NCBI GenBank assembly: GCA_963753485.1 | Contig: CAVWCL010000013.1 | Span: forward strand, 80,355 to 144,354 | Direction: 5' to 3' | Length of the DNA: 64,000 nucleotides | DNA from: an uncultured Actinomycetota bacterium | GTDB taxonomy: Bacteria; Actinomycetota; Actinomycetes; Mycobacteriales; Micromonosporaceae | Shown: one piece after another, positions 19,401 to 28,781 of the stretch | How the letters are laid out: the number at the start of each line of letters is the position of its first letter | Position numbering within the stretch: the first letter of the stretch is position 1 | Notes under the pieces: model-generated | Database searches by the model: none | What the model saw: only the letters and a program-made list of their open reading frames with translations | What the model was told of the DNA's origin: nothing | Program-made: the position numbers and the translations under genes

Positions 19401-19552
19401 TCCGCCTCCTCCGCTGAGGGAAGCGCGTCGTCGGTCATTCCGCCTCCTCCGCTGAGGGAAGCGCGTCGTCGGTCATTCCGCCTCCTCCGCTGAGGGAAGC
19501 GCGTCGTCGGTCATTCCGCCTCCTCCGCTGAGGGAAGCGCGTCGTCGGTCAT
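19397..19552 (-). repeat. 4 x 38-bp tandem repeat duplicating the SD, start codon and a 13-codon mini-ORF
   Basis: The unit on the transcribed strand is CCGACGACGCGCTTCCCTCAGCGGAGGAGGCGGAATGA. ATGs lie at 19552, 19514, 19476 and 19438, plus the gene start at 19400. Confidence 0.9.
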
Positions 19553-19607
19553 TCCCCCACGGTACCCGCGAGCTCGGCGGCGACGACCGCGACGGATCCG
19601 GGGCCCG

Positions 19608-21626
19608 TTACCCGCAGCCGCAGGCGGCGATCGCGGCCGCCACCCGGTCCAGCGCGGCCTCGGCCTGGCTGGCCGCGGTGGTGCCGTTGGCGACCACGGC
19701 GAACGAGAGCAGCCGGCCGTCGGCATCCACGGCGAGCCCGGCGAGTGCGTTGACCCCGCTCAGGGTGCCGGTCTTGGCCCGAACGGTGCCGGCCGCCGCG
19801 CCGCCGGACGCCTGCCGCAGATAGCGGCTCGACAACGTGCCCGAGTACCCCGCGACCGGCAGTCCGGAGAGGATCGGCCGAAGCTGTGGGGCGTCGGTGG
19901 CGGCCGCCTTGGCGAGCAGCGAGGTGAGCAACTGCGTGCTGACCTTGTTTGCGTGGGAGAGCCCGCTGCCATCGACCAGACCAAGACCGGCCATCGGGAC
20001 GCCGAGCTCAGCCAGCGCCTGGCGGGTGGCCGCGGCACCACCCTCGAAGCTGGCCGGCTGCCCTTTGGCCAGCGCGGTCTGGCGGGCCAGCGCCTCGGCG
20101 ATCAGGTTGTCGCTCTGTTGCAACATCATCTCCACCAGCCGGGACACCGGTGGCGACAGCACCTGGCCCAGGGGGCGGGCGTCCGCGGGGGCCGTGCCGA
20201 AGCTCACCGCGGACGCCGGCAGGCCGAACGCCCGGGCAAAAAGCTGACCGGCGGCCAGGTCAGGCTGCGGGTAGCGGGGCGACTGTTCGGCGGTGCGCCT
20301 GGGGTTCTGCCGGGCGCCGTCGGTCATCAGCGCGGTGATGTGCGCGATGAACCCGTCCTTGGCGTCCTGCGCGAACCAGGTCGGTGCCAGCGTCGGGCCG
20401 GAGTAGAGCGACGAGTCGACCACGATATGAGTCGGTGCGTCGCCACCCATCGTCGCGACCACCTGCTCGGCCAGCCTGTCCAGGCGGGCCGCGCCCGGGT
20501 ACGACATGGTCGCGCTGGCGGCGAGCGTCGGGTCGCCGCCACCCACGAGCACCACCTCGCCGGGCGCGGTGCCGGCCACCGCCCGGGTCGCAATCCGGTA
20601 GTCCGGACCGCGCGCGGTCAGCACCGCCGCCGCGGTGAGCAGCTTCGCGGTGGAGGCCGGGATGACCGCGCCGCCGCCAGCGAGGTCGAAGAGCGGGTCA
20701 CCACTGGCCACATCGACGACCGAGGCACTGACGTGACCGAGAGCGGCGTTCGCGAGCAGACCCTGGATACGGGCGGCCAGGCCGGCCGGCGACGGCTCCG
20801 GCGCCTCCGTGCCGAGGGCGGCGAGCACCGGTCCGGCCGGGGCGTCGACCGGCCCGGGGCGCCACGTCGGCGCGGCTCCGTGCGGACGCACCAGGCCGGC
20901 CGTGAGGCCCCCGCCGATCGCCAGGACGGTGACGATGATCGCCGCGATCAACCATCGACCCGACCGAAGGCGACGCCCCGCCGGCGAGGCGTCGGCCGGC
21001 CAGTCATCGCCGTAGCCGTCCAGCGGCCGCGCGGGCGGCCGAGTGTCGCGGCGCCAGCCCGGACCGCGCACCGGTCCGGGGCGGGGCGGAGCCTCCGGCG
21101 CCCAACCGACCGGTGGCCGCGGCGGGGACGCCGCCGGTGGCGCTGGCGCCGGGCGGACCGGGGCCGATGCGATCCGGGTTGGTGGCGGCTCGGATCGCGG
21201 CGGGGCCGGACGCGCCGGCGGGGGCGTAGTGGGTGGTGCGGCCGCAACCGCGTCGGCCGGATAACCAGACTCATCGGGGAGCTCCGATTCGTCGGTTCGG
21301 GCCTTGTCGCTTTTGTCGCGTTTTTCCTTCTTCGGCTTGGGTGCCACCAGGCGGTCGAGGAAGCCCTGCTTCGCCGGCTTGACCTCGATCACCGGCAACA
21401 CGACGTGAATCGGCTCCAACGGACGCTCCGGCACCTCGGGTACCGCGGCCCGAGCCTTCGCCCCCGCGGTATCGGCCGGCGCGACGACACCGGTGCCGGG
21501 GCGCACGACACCGGTCCCCGGCCGCACGACGCCGGTGCCCGGGGGGACGTCCCCGGGCGGCGGCGCCGCCGCGCCCGGCGTCTGCTCGCCGTCGTCGACG
21601 CCTGGCTGCGTGTCCGGTCGCGCCAC
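19608..21626 (-). CDS. dacB: D-alanyl-D-alanine carboxypeptidase/endopeptidase (PBP4 family)
   Basis: The C-terminal ~440 aa are PBP4-like (IPASTAKLLTAAAV for SxxK, and QQSDNLIAEAL). They are preceded by a TM and a ~230-aa Pro/Lys-rich N-terminal extension. The start is uncertain. Confidence 0.8.
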   Translation of the reverse strand: MARPDTQPGVDDGEQTPGAAAPPPGDVPPGTGVVRPGTGVVRPGTGVVAPADTAGAKARAAVPEVPERPLEPIHVVLPVIEVKPAKQGFLDRLVAPKPKKEKRDKSDKARTDESELPDESGYPADAVAAAPPTTPPPARPAPPRSEPPPTRIASAPVRPAPAPPAASPPRPPVGWAPEAPPRPGPVRGPGWRRDTRPPARPLDGYGDDWPADASPAGRRLRSGRWLIAAIIVTVLAIGGGLTAGLVRPHGAAPTWRPGPVDAPAGPVLAALGTEAPEPSPAGLAARIQGLLANAALGHVSASVVDVASGDPLFDLAGGGAVIPASTAKLLTAAAVLTARGPDYRIATRAVAGTAPGEVVLVGGGDPTLAASATMSYPGAARLDRLAEQVVATMGGDAPTHIVVDSSLYSGPTLAPTWFAQDAKDGFIAHITALMTDGARQNPRRTAEQSPRYPQPDLAAGQLFARAFGLPASAVSFGTAPADARPLGQVLSPPVSRLVEMMLQQSDNLIAEALARQTALAKGQPASFEGGAAATRQALAELGVPMAGLGLVDGSGLSHANKVSTQLLTSLLAKAAATDAPQLRPILSGLPVAGYSGTLSSRYLRQASGGAAAGTVRAKTGTLSGVNALAGLAVDADGRLLSFAVVANGTTAASQAEAALDRVAAAIAACGCG

Positions 21627-21702
21627 CGACCCCTCCTCTGCTCGCCGCCCTGAGCGTAGGTGACACTAGCTCTACATCAAGCCACGCCCAAAGGAGCGCC
21701 CG

Positions 21703-22266
21703 ATGTTGTCCTTCGACGTCACCGTGGAGATCCCCAAGGGCCAACGCAACAAGTACGAAGTCGATCACAGGATCGGACGGATCCGGCTCGATCGCACGCT
21801 CTTCACCGCAACGCAGTACCCGGCCGACTACGGCTTCGTCGAAGACACCCTCGGCGACGATGGCGACCCACTGGACGCCCTCGTGCTGGTGCAGGAACCG
21901 ACGTTTCCCGGCTGCCTGATCCACTGCCGGGCGATCGGGATGTTCCGGATGACCGACGAGAAGGGCGGCGACGACAAGGTCCTCTGCGTGCCCGCCGACG
22001 ATCCCCGGCAAGCTCATCTGCAGGACATCCACAATCTCGCCCAGTTCGACCTGGCCGAGATCCAGCACTTCTTCGAGGTCTACAAGGATCTGGAGCCGGG
22101 CAAGAGCGTCGAAGGGGCGACCTGGGTCGGCCGCCGCGACGCCGAGGCGGAGATCGAGCTCTCTCGCCACCGCTACGCCGACGCAATCGCCGCCGGCGAC
22201 TGGCCGCAGGCCGCGCCGGCCCCCTCGATCCGGCCTCAGCCGGCCAAGCCGCGCGCCCAGCCGTAG
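21703..22266 (+). CDS. ppa: inorganic pyrophosphatase
   Basis: Motifs [21 protein letters not shown] and [10 protein letters not shown], plus a ~20-aa Pro/Ala-rich tail overlapping the 3' end of eccD. Confidence 0.9.
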   Translation: MLSFDVTVEIPKGQRNKYEVDHRIGRIRLDRTLFTATQYPADYGFVEDTLGDDGDPLDALVLVQEPTFPGCLIHCRAIGMFRMTDEKGGDDKVLCVPADDPRQAHLQDIHNLAQFDLAEIQHFFEVYKDLEPGKSVEGATWVGRRDAEAEIELSRHRYADAIAAGDWPQAAPAPSIRPQPAKPRAQP

Positions 22267-23651
22267 AGGCCGAGCACCGCCAGGGCCACCGGGGCCAGCG
22301 CCACTACCACGATGATGTCGGCGAGGTCGAGCACCCGAGCCAGGTACGGCGAGGCCGGCCGGTAACCGGGCCCGACCACGGACGCCGGCGAGCGGCCATC
22401 GGCCGCGGTGCTGACTGAGCGGCCATCGGCCGCGGTGCTGAGGAGCGCTACCACCGCGGCCACCACCAGCGCAGCGACCACCGTCCGCGCGACCGCGGTC
22501 CCGCCCGGTACCAGCCGCCAGCCGGTGAATGCCAGGCCGAGGGCGCCCGCAAGGAGCAACGGCCACCGGACGGCGACACTTGGAAACAGGCGGGCGCGCA
22601 GGAGCAGGGCGGCGCTGGCCAGCCCGGCGAGCGCTCGCCCGGCGCCGCCACCGGCCACCGCAAGCAGGCCGACACCGACCAGACCGGCCGCGGCCAGACC
22701 GGCCAGGCAGCCCGCCAGGACCTGGTCACCGCGGACGACGCTGGCCCGTAGTCGAGCCGGATCCGGCCGCGACTCGGCGGCGATCACCTCGGGGTCGGCC
22801 GAGACCGCCGGCAGCGGCAGCCGCCCGGCGCGCACCGCGAGTGTCGGCCCGGCGCTGATGCCGGCGACCGCGATCACCACGGCGATCGCGGCGGCGGCCG
22901 TCGACCCGCCAGCCATGGCGGCCAACCCGGCGCCCGCGCCGACCGTCGCGGCGGTGCCGCCGGCGACAAAGATCGGGCGGCCGGCGCCGACCACGAGGCC
23001 GCCGACCACCGAGGCCACCAACAGTGCCACCGACCCGGCCAGGAGGGTGACGGTGCCCGGACGCGCGCCGGCGAGCAACAGCGGTGCGCTCGCGGTCGCG
23101 TAACCCATGGCGGCGCTGCCGCCGATCGTTCCCACCGCCCGGTCGCCGAGGACCCGGGCGGACAAACCGCCGGCAACCAGGAGGATCACCGCGGCTGTGA
23201 CCGCGACCGCCCCCGAGAGGGCTCGGCCGGGCGTGGCGACCAGGACGGCGAGCCCACCCGCCAACCCGACGGCGATGGCAGCGAGGGCCGTCAGGCGGGT
23301 ATCGGTCCGCGACCACGGGCGGGCGCCGTCGGCGCGGGCGTATGCGGCGATCTCCTCCATGACGTCGTCGTAGACCGGTTCCGGCCACTCCAGCGCCTCG
23401 GGGACCAGGTACAACACATCACCGTCGCGGACCCCGTGCTGTGCCAGTGCGGCGTCGAGGCCGAGGAGGGCGCCGTCGACCCGCCGCAGTACCCAGCCGC
23501 CGGCGGTGCCGGCCTCGCCGGCCCGGACCACGACCTCGGGCAGCAGCTCGACCAGCGGAACCTGGTGCGGCACGGCGAGATCGATCCGCCGGTGCGGGGC
23601 GCGGATCGTGATGCGGGCCAGACCGTTGGCAGCAGCGGGCATCCCAGACAC
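22236..23651 (-). CDS. eccD: type VII secretion integral membrane protein EccD
   Basis: N-terminal ubiquitin-like (YukD-type) domain [41 protein letters not shown], followed by about 11 hydrophobic helices. Confidence 0.75.
   Translation of the reverse strand: MSGMPAAANGLARITIRAPHRRIDLAVPHQVPLVELLPEVVVRAGEAGTAGGWVLRRVDGALLGLDAALAQHGVRDGDVLYLVPEALEWPEPVYDDVMEEIAAYARADGARPWSRTDTRLTALAAIAVGLAGGLAVLVATPGRALSGAVAVTAAVILLVAGGLSARVLGDRAVGTIGGSAAMGYATASAPLLLAGARPGTVTLLAGSVALLVASVVGGLVVGAGRPIFVAGGTAATVGAGAGLAAMAGGSTAAAAIAVVIAVAGISAGPTLAVRAGRLPLPAVSADPEVIAAESRPDPARLRASVVRGDQVLAGCLAGLAAAGLVGVGLLAVAGGGAGRALAGLASAALLLRARLFPSVAVRWPLLLAGALGLAFTGWRLVPGGTAVARTVVAALVVAAVVALLSTAADGRSVSTAADGRSPASVVGPGYRPASPYLARVLDLADIIVVVALAPVALAVLGLYGWARGLAG
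22386..22444 (-). repeat. in-frame 27-bp tandem duplication inside eccD
   Basis: GAGCGGCCATCGGCCGCGGTGCTGA occurs twice in tandem, encoding [18 protein letters not shown]. Confidence 0.85.
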
Positions 23652-23709
23652 CTACCACGCAGGCGACCGAAGGGAAAGTCCGCTGTCGATGTCTGTGGAC
23701 GAACGGTGC

Positions 23710-24750
23710 TCACCCGGCGAGCGCGGCGGCCGCCCGTTCGATCAGGTGCGGGACCGTGCCTCCCAGGTGGTCGAATCCCTCACCGACCGTCTTGCCCAGG
23801 AGGAACCGGGCGTGTATGCCCTCGCTGATCACGGCGAGCTTGTAGTACCCCAGGGCCACGTACCAGCCGATGCCGCTGACGTCGAGCCCAGGCGCCCGGT
23901 CAGCATACCGCGCCACCAGCTCGGCGGCGGAGAGGAAGCCCTGCTCGGGCCCGAACCGCGGAGACGTCGGCGCCCGACCGGCGACCGCCAGTTCGGTGTA
24001 CACGACGAGCAGTCCGAGGTCGGCCAGCGGGTCGCCCAGGGTCGCCATCTCCCAGTCCAACACCGCCAGGATGCGGGTGACGGCCTCGTCGACCATCACG
24101 TTGTCGAGCCGGTAATCACCGTGCACGATGCTCGCCCGCGCGGTCGCCGGGACGCTGTCGCGCAGTCGCGCGACGACCTGCTCCAGCGCGGCGAGCTCGC
24201 GGGTCTTCGACCGTTCCCACTGCTGGTACCAGCGGTTGACCTGGCGCCCGAGGTACCCGTCGGGCCGGCCGAAGTCGGCCAGCCCCACCGAGTCCGGGTC
24301 GACCTGGTGCAGCCGGCCGAGGGTGTCGACGAGCAGCTGCCCGGTGGCGGCGGCGCTGGCGCGGGGAAGGCCGGCGATGTCTGCGACTGAGCGCAGCACC
24401 CGACCGTCGACATAGGACATGAGGTAAAACGGTGAGCCGATGACCTCGGCTTCGGGGCACAGATGCAGCGGCGCCGGCACCGGGAAACCGGTCGGGTACA
24501 GCGCCGCGATCACCCGGTACTCGCGGGACATGTCGTGGGCGGTCGGCAGCACGTGGGCCAGCGGCGGGCGGCGCAGCACCACCGCCTCGCCACCCGTACC
24601 CGTGACCCGGTAGGTGAGGTTGGACTTGCCGCCGGCGAGCAGCTCGGCCCGCAGCGGTCCACCGATGATCCCCGGCGCCACCCGATCCAGGTAACCCGCC
24701 AGGCGGTCAGGGTCAAGGCCGGGGGGGCCGCGGTGGTCGGGGGGGTCCAT
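23710..24750 (-). CDS. phosphotransferase (APH/ChoK-like kinase) family protein
   Basis: Motifs GGKSNLTY, VLRRPP, IVHGDYRLDNVM and VLDWEMATLGDPLADL. The ORF is open to 24915, but ATG 24750 (MDPPDH) fits family length. Confidence 0.75.
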   Translation of the reverse strand: MDPPDHRGPPGLDPDRLAGYLDRVAPGIIGGPLRAELLAGGKSNLTYRVTGTGGEAVVLRRPPLAHVLPTAHDMSREYRVIAALYPTGFPVPAPLHLCPEAEVIGSPFYLMSYVDGRVLRSVADIAGLPRASAAATGQLLVDTLGRLHQVDPDSVGLADFGRPDGYLGRQVNRWYQQWERSKTRELAALEQVVARLRDSVPATARASIVHGDYRLDNVMVDEAVTRILAVLDWEMATLGDPLADLGLLVVYTELAVAGRAPTSPRFGPEQGFLSAAELVARYADRAPGLDVSGIGWYVALGYYKLAVISEGIHARFLLGKTVGEGFDHLGGTVPHLIERAAAALAG

Positions 24751-24827
24751 CCCCGCAAGTCTGCCATCCCGTACCGCCCGGCCAGCGGCGCCGGGGCACC
24801 CGGTGTCCGCCGGCGGCCCTAATATCG

Positions 24828-27800
24828 GTGACCGTGAGTACGAACGCCATCCACCGACCGCCACGGCGGGCTGCGCCGCCGCTACCCAGCGGCGAGCTGG
24901 CGCTCGAGCCGCCACCGGCGATCCCCCAACCCGGCGGGGTGCGCTGGCAGCAGTGGCTCTCCATCGTCCCGATGCTCGCCGGGACGTTCGCCACCGCGCT
25001 CATGTTCGGTGGTCGGGACGCGCCGAGCCCGTCCACATATGTCGTCGGGGCCGTCTTCGGCCTCTCCACGCTGGGCATGCTTGTGCTGAACGTCGGTGGC
25101 GCCGGTCCCCGCAAGGCCGAGCTGATGCGGGCCCGCCGCGACTACGTGCGGTACCTGGGCGGCATCCGCCGGCGGGTCCGGGGCGTCATCGCCGAGCAGC
25201 GGGCGGCGCTGGGCTACCGCCATCCGCCGCCGGCGAGCCTGTGGGCCGAGGCGATCGGTGCCCGGGTGTGGGAACGCCGTCCCGGCGACGCCGACTTCGC
25301 AGTGGTCCGGGTCGGGGTCGGTCCCCAGTCGTTGGCCACCCCGCTGGTCGCCCCGATCCTGGACCCGAGCGCCGACCTGGAGCCGGTCACCGCCGGCGCG
25401 CTGCGACGCTTCCTGAACGCCTACTCGATCGTGCCGGATCTGCCGGTCGCGGTGGCGCTGGCATCGTTTCGGCGGATCGCGGTCGACGACGACGGCGACG
25501 GGGATCGGGCGCGCGGGCTGGTGCGCGCCATGCTCGGGCAGCTGGCCACCTTTCACGCGCCGGACCACCTCCTGATCGGGGTGTGCGCCCCGGCCGCCCG
25601 GCGGCGCGAGTGGGAGTGGCTCAAATGGCTCGGCCACGCGCAACACCCGGTCCGCAGCGATGCGGTCGGCCGGGTGCGGTTGGTCGGTTCGAGCCTGACC
25701 GAGATGGACCAGCTGCTCGATGACGTGCTCGCCACCCGCGGCCGGCTGGCCCACCAGCCACCGCGCCGACCGGGCGAGTCACCGGCCCGGGAGGTCGCGG
25801 CTGTCCAGGTGGTGGTCGTCGTCGATGGCGAGTCCGTTGACGGGACTCACCGGGTGCTCGACGGCCTCGCGGGGGTCACCGTCGTGGAAGTGAACGGGGC
25901 CAGCGGCCCGGCTGAGCCCGCCGGGCTCACCCTCACCATCCATCCCGACGGTACCCTCTCGTCCTCCACAGTGGATGGTGACCGGACGGTCGGTCGCGCC
26001 GACCAGCTGGCCCCCGCCGCTGCCGAGGGTCTGGCCCGTCGGCTGGCCCGACTGCGCCCGCCGTCGATGGGAGCGGACCAGCCAACACCCCACGAGCGCG
26101 GGCTGGCGGAGCTGCTCGGACTGGGTGATCTCCGATATCCTCCGGCCGTCGGCTGGCTCGCCCGCCCGGCCCGCGACGTGCTCCGGGTCCCGATCGGCAC
26201 CGACGCGGACGGTGCGCCGCTCGAGCTGGACCTCAAGGAGGCCGCCCAGGGCGGTATGGGCCCGCACGGGCTGGTGATCGGAGCTACCGGCTCGGGAAAA
26301 AGCGAGCTGCTGCGGACACTGGTGCTCGGTCTGGCCGCCACCCACTCGTCCGAGGCCCTCAACGTCGTGCTGGTGGACTTCAAGGGTGGCGCCACCTTCG
26401 CCAGTCTCGACCGGTTGCCGCACACGTCGGCGGTGATCACCAATCTCGCCGCCGAGCTGCCGCTCGTCGATCGGATGAACGACGCGCTCAGCGGCGAGCT
26501 GACCAGGCGCCAGGAGCTGCTGCGCCGAGCCGGCAACCTGGCCTCCCTGCGCGACTACGACAACGCCCGGGTCGCCGGCGCACCGCTGGCGCCGATTCCG
26601 GCGCTGGTGCTGGTCTGCGACGAGTTCACCGAGCTGCTCACCGCCAAGCCGGACTTCATCGACCTGTTCCTCCAGATCGGACGCGTCGGCCGGTCACTCG
26701 GCATCCACCTGCTCCTGGCCACCCAACGGCTGGAAGAGGGTCGGCTGCGCGGGCTGGAGGCGAACCTGTCCTACCGGATCGCGTTGCGCACGTTCACGCC
26801 GGGTGAGTCGCGCGCGGTGCTCGGCGTGGGCGACGCGGCCGATCTGCCGGCGGCGCCGGGGCACGGGTACCTGCGGGTCGGCACCGGGGCGCCGCAGCGT
26901 TTCCGGTCGGCGTATGTCTCCGGGCCGTACCGCAGGCCGGCACCAGGCCGGGGCGCCGAGGCACCGCGGGTCCAGTGGTACTCGAGCGAGCCGGCGCCGG
27001 TCACCGCGCCACCCTCCACATCGGAGAGCATCGGCGGCGCTGCGGGCAGCCTGGCCGAGGCGATCATTGACCGGCTGGCCGGCCTGGGCCCGCCGGCGCA
27101 CCGGGTCTGGCTGGCGCCGCTGGCCGAATCGGTCGCCGTCGAGGAGTTGCTGGGCGGCCTCGTCCTCGACCCGGACCGCGGGGTGACCGCCGCCGACCCG
27201 GGTCTGCGGGGCCCGCTGCGGGTACCGGTCGCGGTGGTGGATCGTCCCTTCGACCAGCGCCGCGACGTTGGCTGGCTCGATCTGGCCGGCTCGGCCGGGC
27301 ACGTCGTGGTGGTTGGTGGGCCGCAGTGTGGCAAGTCCACCGCGATCTGCACCCTGGTCACCGCGCTGGCACTCACCCATACGCCGGACGAGGTGCACGT
27401 CTACGGCCTGGACTTCGGTGGCGGCTCGCTCGCCGGCCTGCAGATCCTGCCCCACGTCGGCGGTGTGGCCAGCCGCCTCGAACCAGCCGTGGTACGCCGG
27501 ACGGTCGGCGAGATCGCGTCCCTGCTCGCCGACCGCGAACGGCGCTTCGCCGGCCAGAGCATGGCGACGCTGCGCCAACACCGCGGCGATCCGGACCCGA
27601 CCGGCGGCGTGGCCGACATCTTCCTGGTCGTGGATGGGTGGGCGACCCTGCGCCATGAGTACGAGGAGCTGGAGACCGAGATCGTCGACATCGCCACCCG
27701 CGGGCTGAGCTACGGCATCCACCTCGTGGCCGCGACGGGCAGGTGGGCGGACCTGCGACCGGCGATCAAGGATCTCTTCGGATCCGTGCTGGAGCTGCGT

Positions 27801-28769
27801 CTCGGCGACCCCGGCGACTCGGCCGTCAGCCGGCGGTCAGCGGCGAATGTCCCGGCCGGCTCGCCCGGCCGCGGCCTGTGGTCGGACGGACTGCACATCC
27901 TCACCGCCCGGCCGCAGGCGGCCGGGCACAGCACCGGCGAGCTCTGTGCCGGCATCGCCGCCGCCTGGACCGGTGCCCGGGCGCCTGCGGTCCGCATGCT
28001 GCCGGCCCTGCTGCCGTACCAGAGCCTCCTCGAGGCCCGTGACGGCCGCGCCGGCGAAGAGGTGCCGGTCGGGACCGGCTGGGCGCTGCCGATCGGGATC
28101 GCTGAGGGGGACCTACGTCCGGTCCTGCTCGACTTCGCCCAGGAACCGCACCTGGTCGCCTTCGGCGACAGCGGCTGCGGCAAGTCCACCCTGCTCCGGG
28201 TGCTGGCCGAATCGATCGTCCGGCGATACACACCGGAACAGGCCCGGCTGGTGCTGATCGACTACCGGCGCAGCCTGCTCGGTGCCGTGGCCACCGAGCA
28301 TCTGATCGGGTACGGCACCGGCGCCGACTCCGCCGGTAGCCTGCTGGAGTCGGTCGCCGCCCACCTTGAGCGGCGCCGGCCAGACCCCGACGTGACCGCC
28401 CAGCAGCTTCGCGACCGGTCCTGGTGGAGCGGGCCCGAGTGTTTCGTCCTGGTTGACGACTACGACCTGGTCACCGCGGCCGTGGCGAACCCGCTGCTCC
28501 CGCTCGTGGAGTATCTCGCGCAGGCCCGCGATGTCGGCCTCCACCTTGTCGTGGTACGCCGGGCCGGCGGTGCTGGCCGGGCCATGTTCGAGCCGGTACT
28601 GCAGCGGTTGCGGGAACTGGGCTCACCGGGCCTGGTGCTCGCCGGCGACCGGGACGAGGGCCCGCTGGTCGGCTCGGTCCGGCCCGGCCCGCAGCCGCCG
28701 GGCCGGGGCTGGCTCGTGAGCCGCCGTGACGGCACCCGGCTGGTCCAGCTGGCGCACCTGGCGGGCTGA
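24828..28769 (+). CDS. eccC: type VII secretion FtsK/SpoIIIE-family ATPase EccC
   Basis: 1313 aa with two N-terminal TMs and three P-loop domains (GATGSGKSELLRTL, GGPQCGKSTAICTL, GDSGCGKSTLLRVL). Confidence 0.9.
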   Translation: MTVSTNAIHRPPRRAAPPLPSGELALEPPPAIPQPGGVRWQQWLSIVPMLAGTFATALMFGGRDAPSPSTYVVGAVFGLSTLGMLVLNVGGAGPRKAELMRARRDYVRYLGGIRRRVRGVIAEQRAALGYRHPPPASLWAEAIGARVWERRPGDADFAVVRVGVGPQSLATPLVAPILDPSADLEPVTAGALRRFLNAYSIVPDLPVAVALASFRRIAVDDDGDGDRARGLVRAMLGQLATFHAPDHLLIGVCAPAARRREWEWLKWLGHAQHPVRSDAVGRVRLVGSSLTEMDQLLDDVLATRGRLAHQPPRRPGESPAREVAAVQVVVVVDGESVDGTHRVLDGLAGVTVVEVNGASGPAEPAGLTLTIHPDGTLSSSTVDGDRTVGRADQLAPAAAEGLARRLARLRPPSMGADQPTPHERGLAELLGLGDLRYPPAVGWLARPARDVLRVPIGTDADGAPLELDLKEAAQGGMGPHGLVIGATGSGKSELLRTLVLGLAATHSSEALNVVLVDFKGGATFASLDRLPHTSAVITNLAAELPLVDRMNDALSGELTRRQELLRRAGNLASLRDYDNARVAGAPLAPIPALVLVCDEFTELLTAKPDFIDLFLQIGRVGRSLGIHLLLATQRLEEGRLRGLEANLSYRIALRTFTPGESRAVLGVGDAADLPAAPGHGYLRVGTGAPQRFRSAYVSGPYRRPAPGRGAEAPRVQWYSSEPAPVTAPPSTSESIGGAAGSLAEAIIDRLAGLGPPAHRVWLAPLAESVAVEELLGGLVLDPDRGVTAADPGLRGPLRVPVAVVDRPFDQRRDVGWLDLAGSAGHVVVVGGPQCGKSTAICTLVTALALTHTPDEVHVYGLDFGGGSLAGLQILPHVGGVASRLEPAVVRRTVGEIASLLADRERRFAGQSMATLRQHRGDPDPTGGVADIFLVVDGWATLRHEYEELETEIVDIATRGLSYGIHLVAATGRWADLRPAIKDLFGSVLELRLGDPGDSAVSRRSAANVPAGSPGRGLWSDGLHILTARPQAAGHSTGELCAGIAAAWTGARAPAVRMLPALLPYQSLLEARDGRAGEEVPVGTGWALPIGIAEGDLRPVLLDFAQEPHLVAFGDSGCGKSTLLRVLAESIVRRYTPEQARLVLIDYRRSLLGAVATEHLIGYGTGADSAGSLLESVAAHLERRRPDPDVTAQQLRDRSWWSGPECFVLVDDYDLVTAAVANPLLPLVEYLAQARDVGLHLVVVRRAGGAGRAMFEPVLQRLRELGSPGLVLAGDRDEGPLVGSVRPGPQPPGRGWLVSRRDGTRLVQLAHLAG

Positions 28770-28781
28770 GCCCGCGCGGGC

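Noticed and set aside
17406-19493. 695-aa plus-strand ORF spanning tilS and the Zn-metalloprotease locus
   Set aside because: It is antisense to two well-supported genes. The product is Arg/Gly/Pro/Asp-rich with no motifs, which is the typical shadow ORF of very GC-rich DNA.
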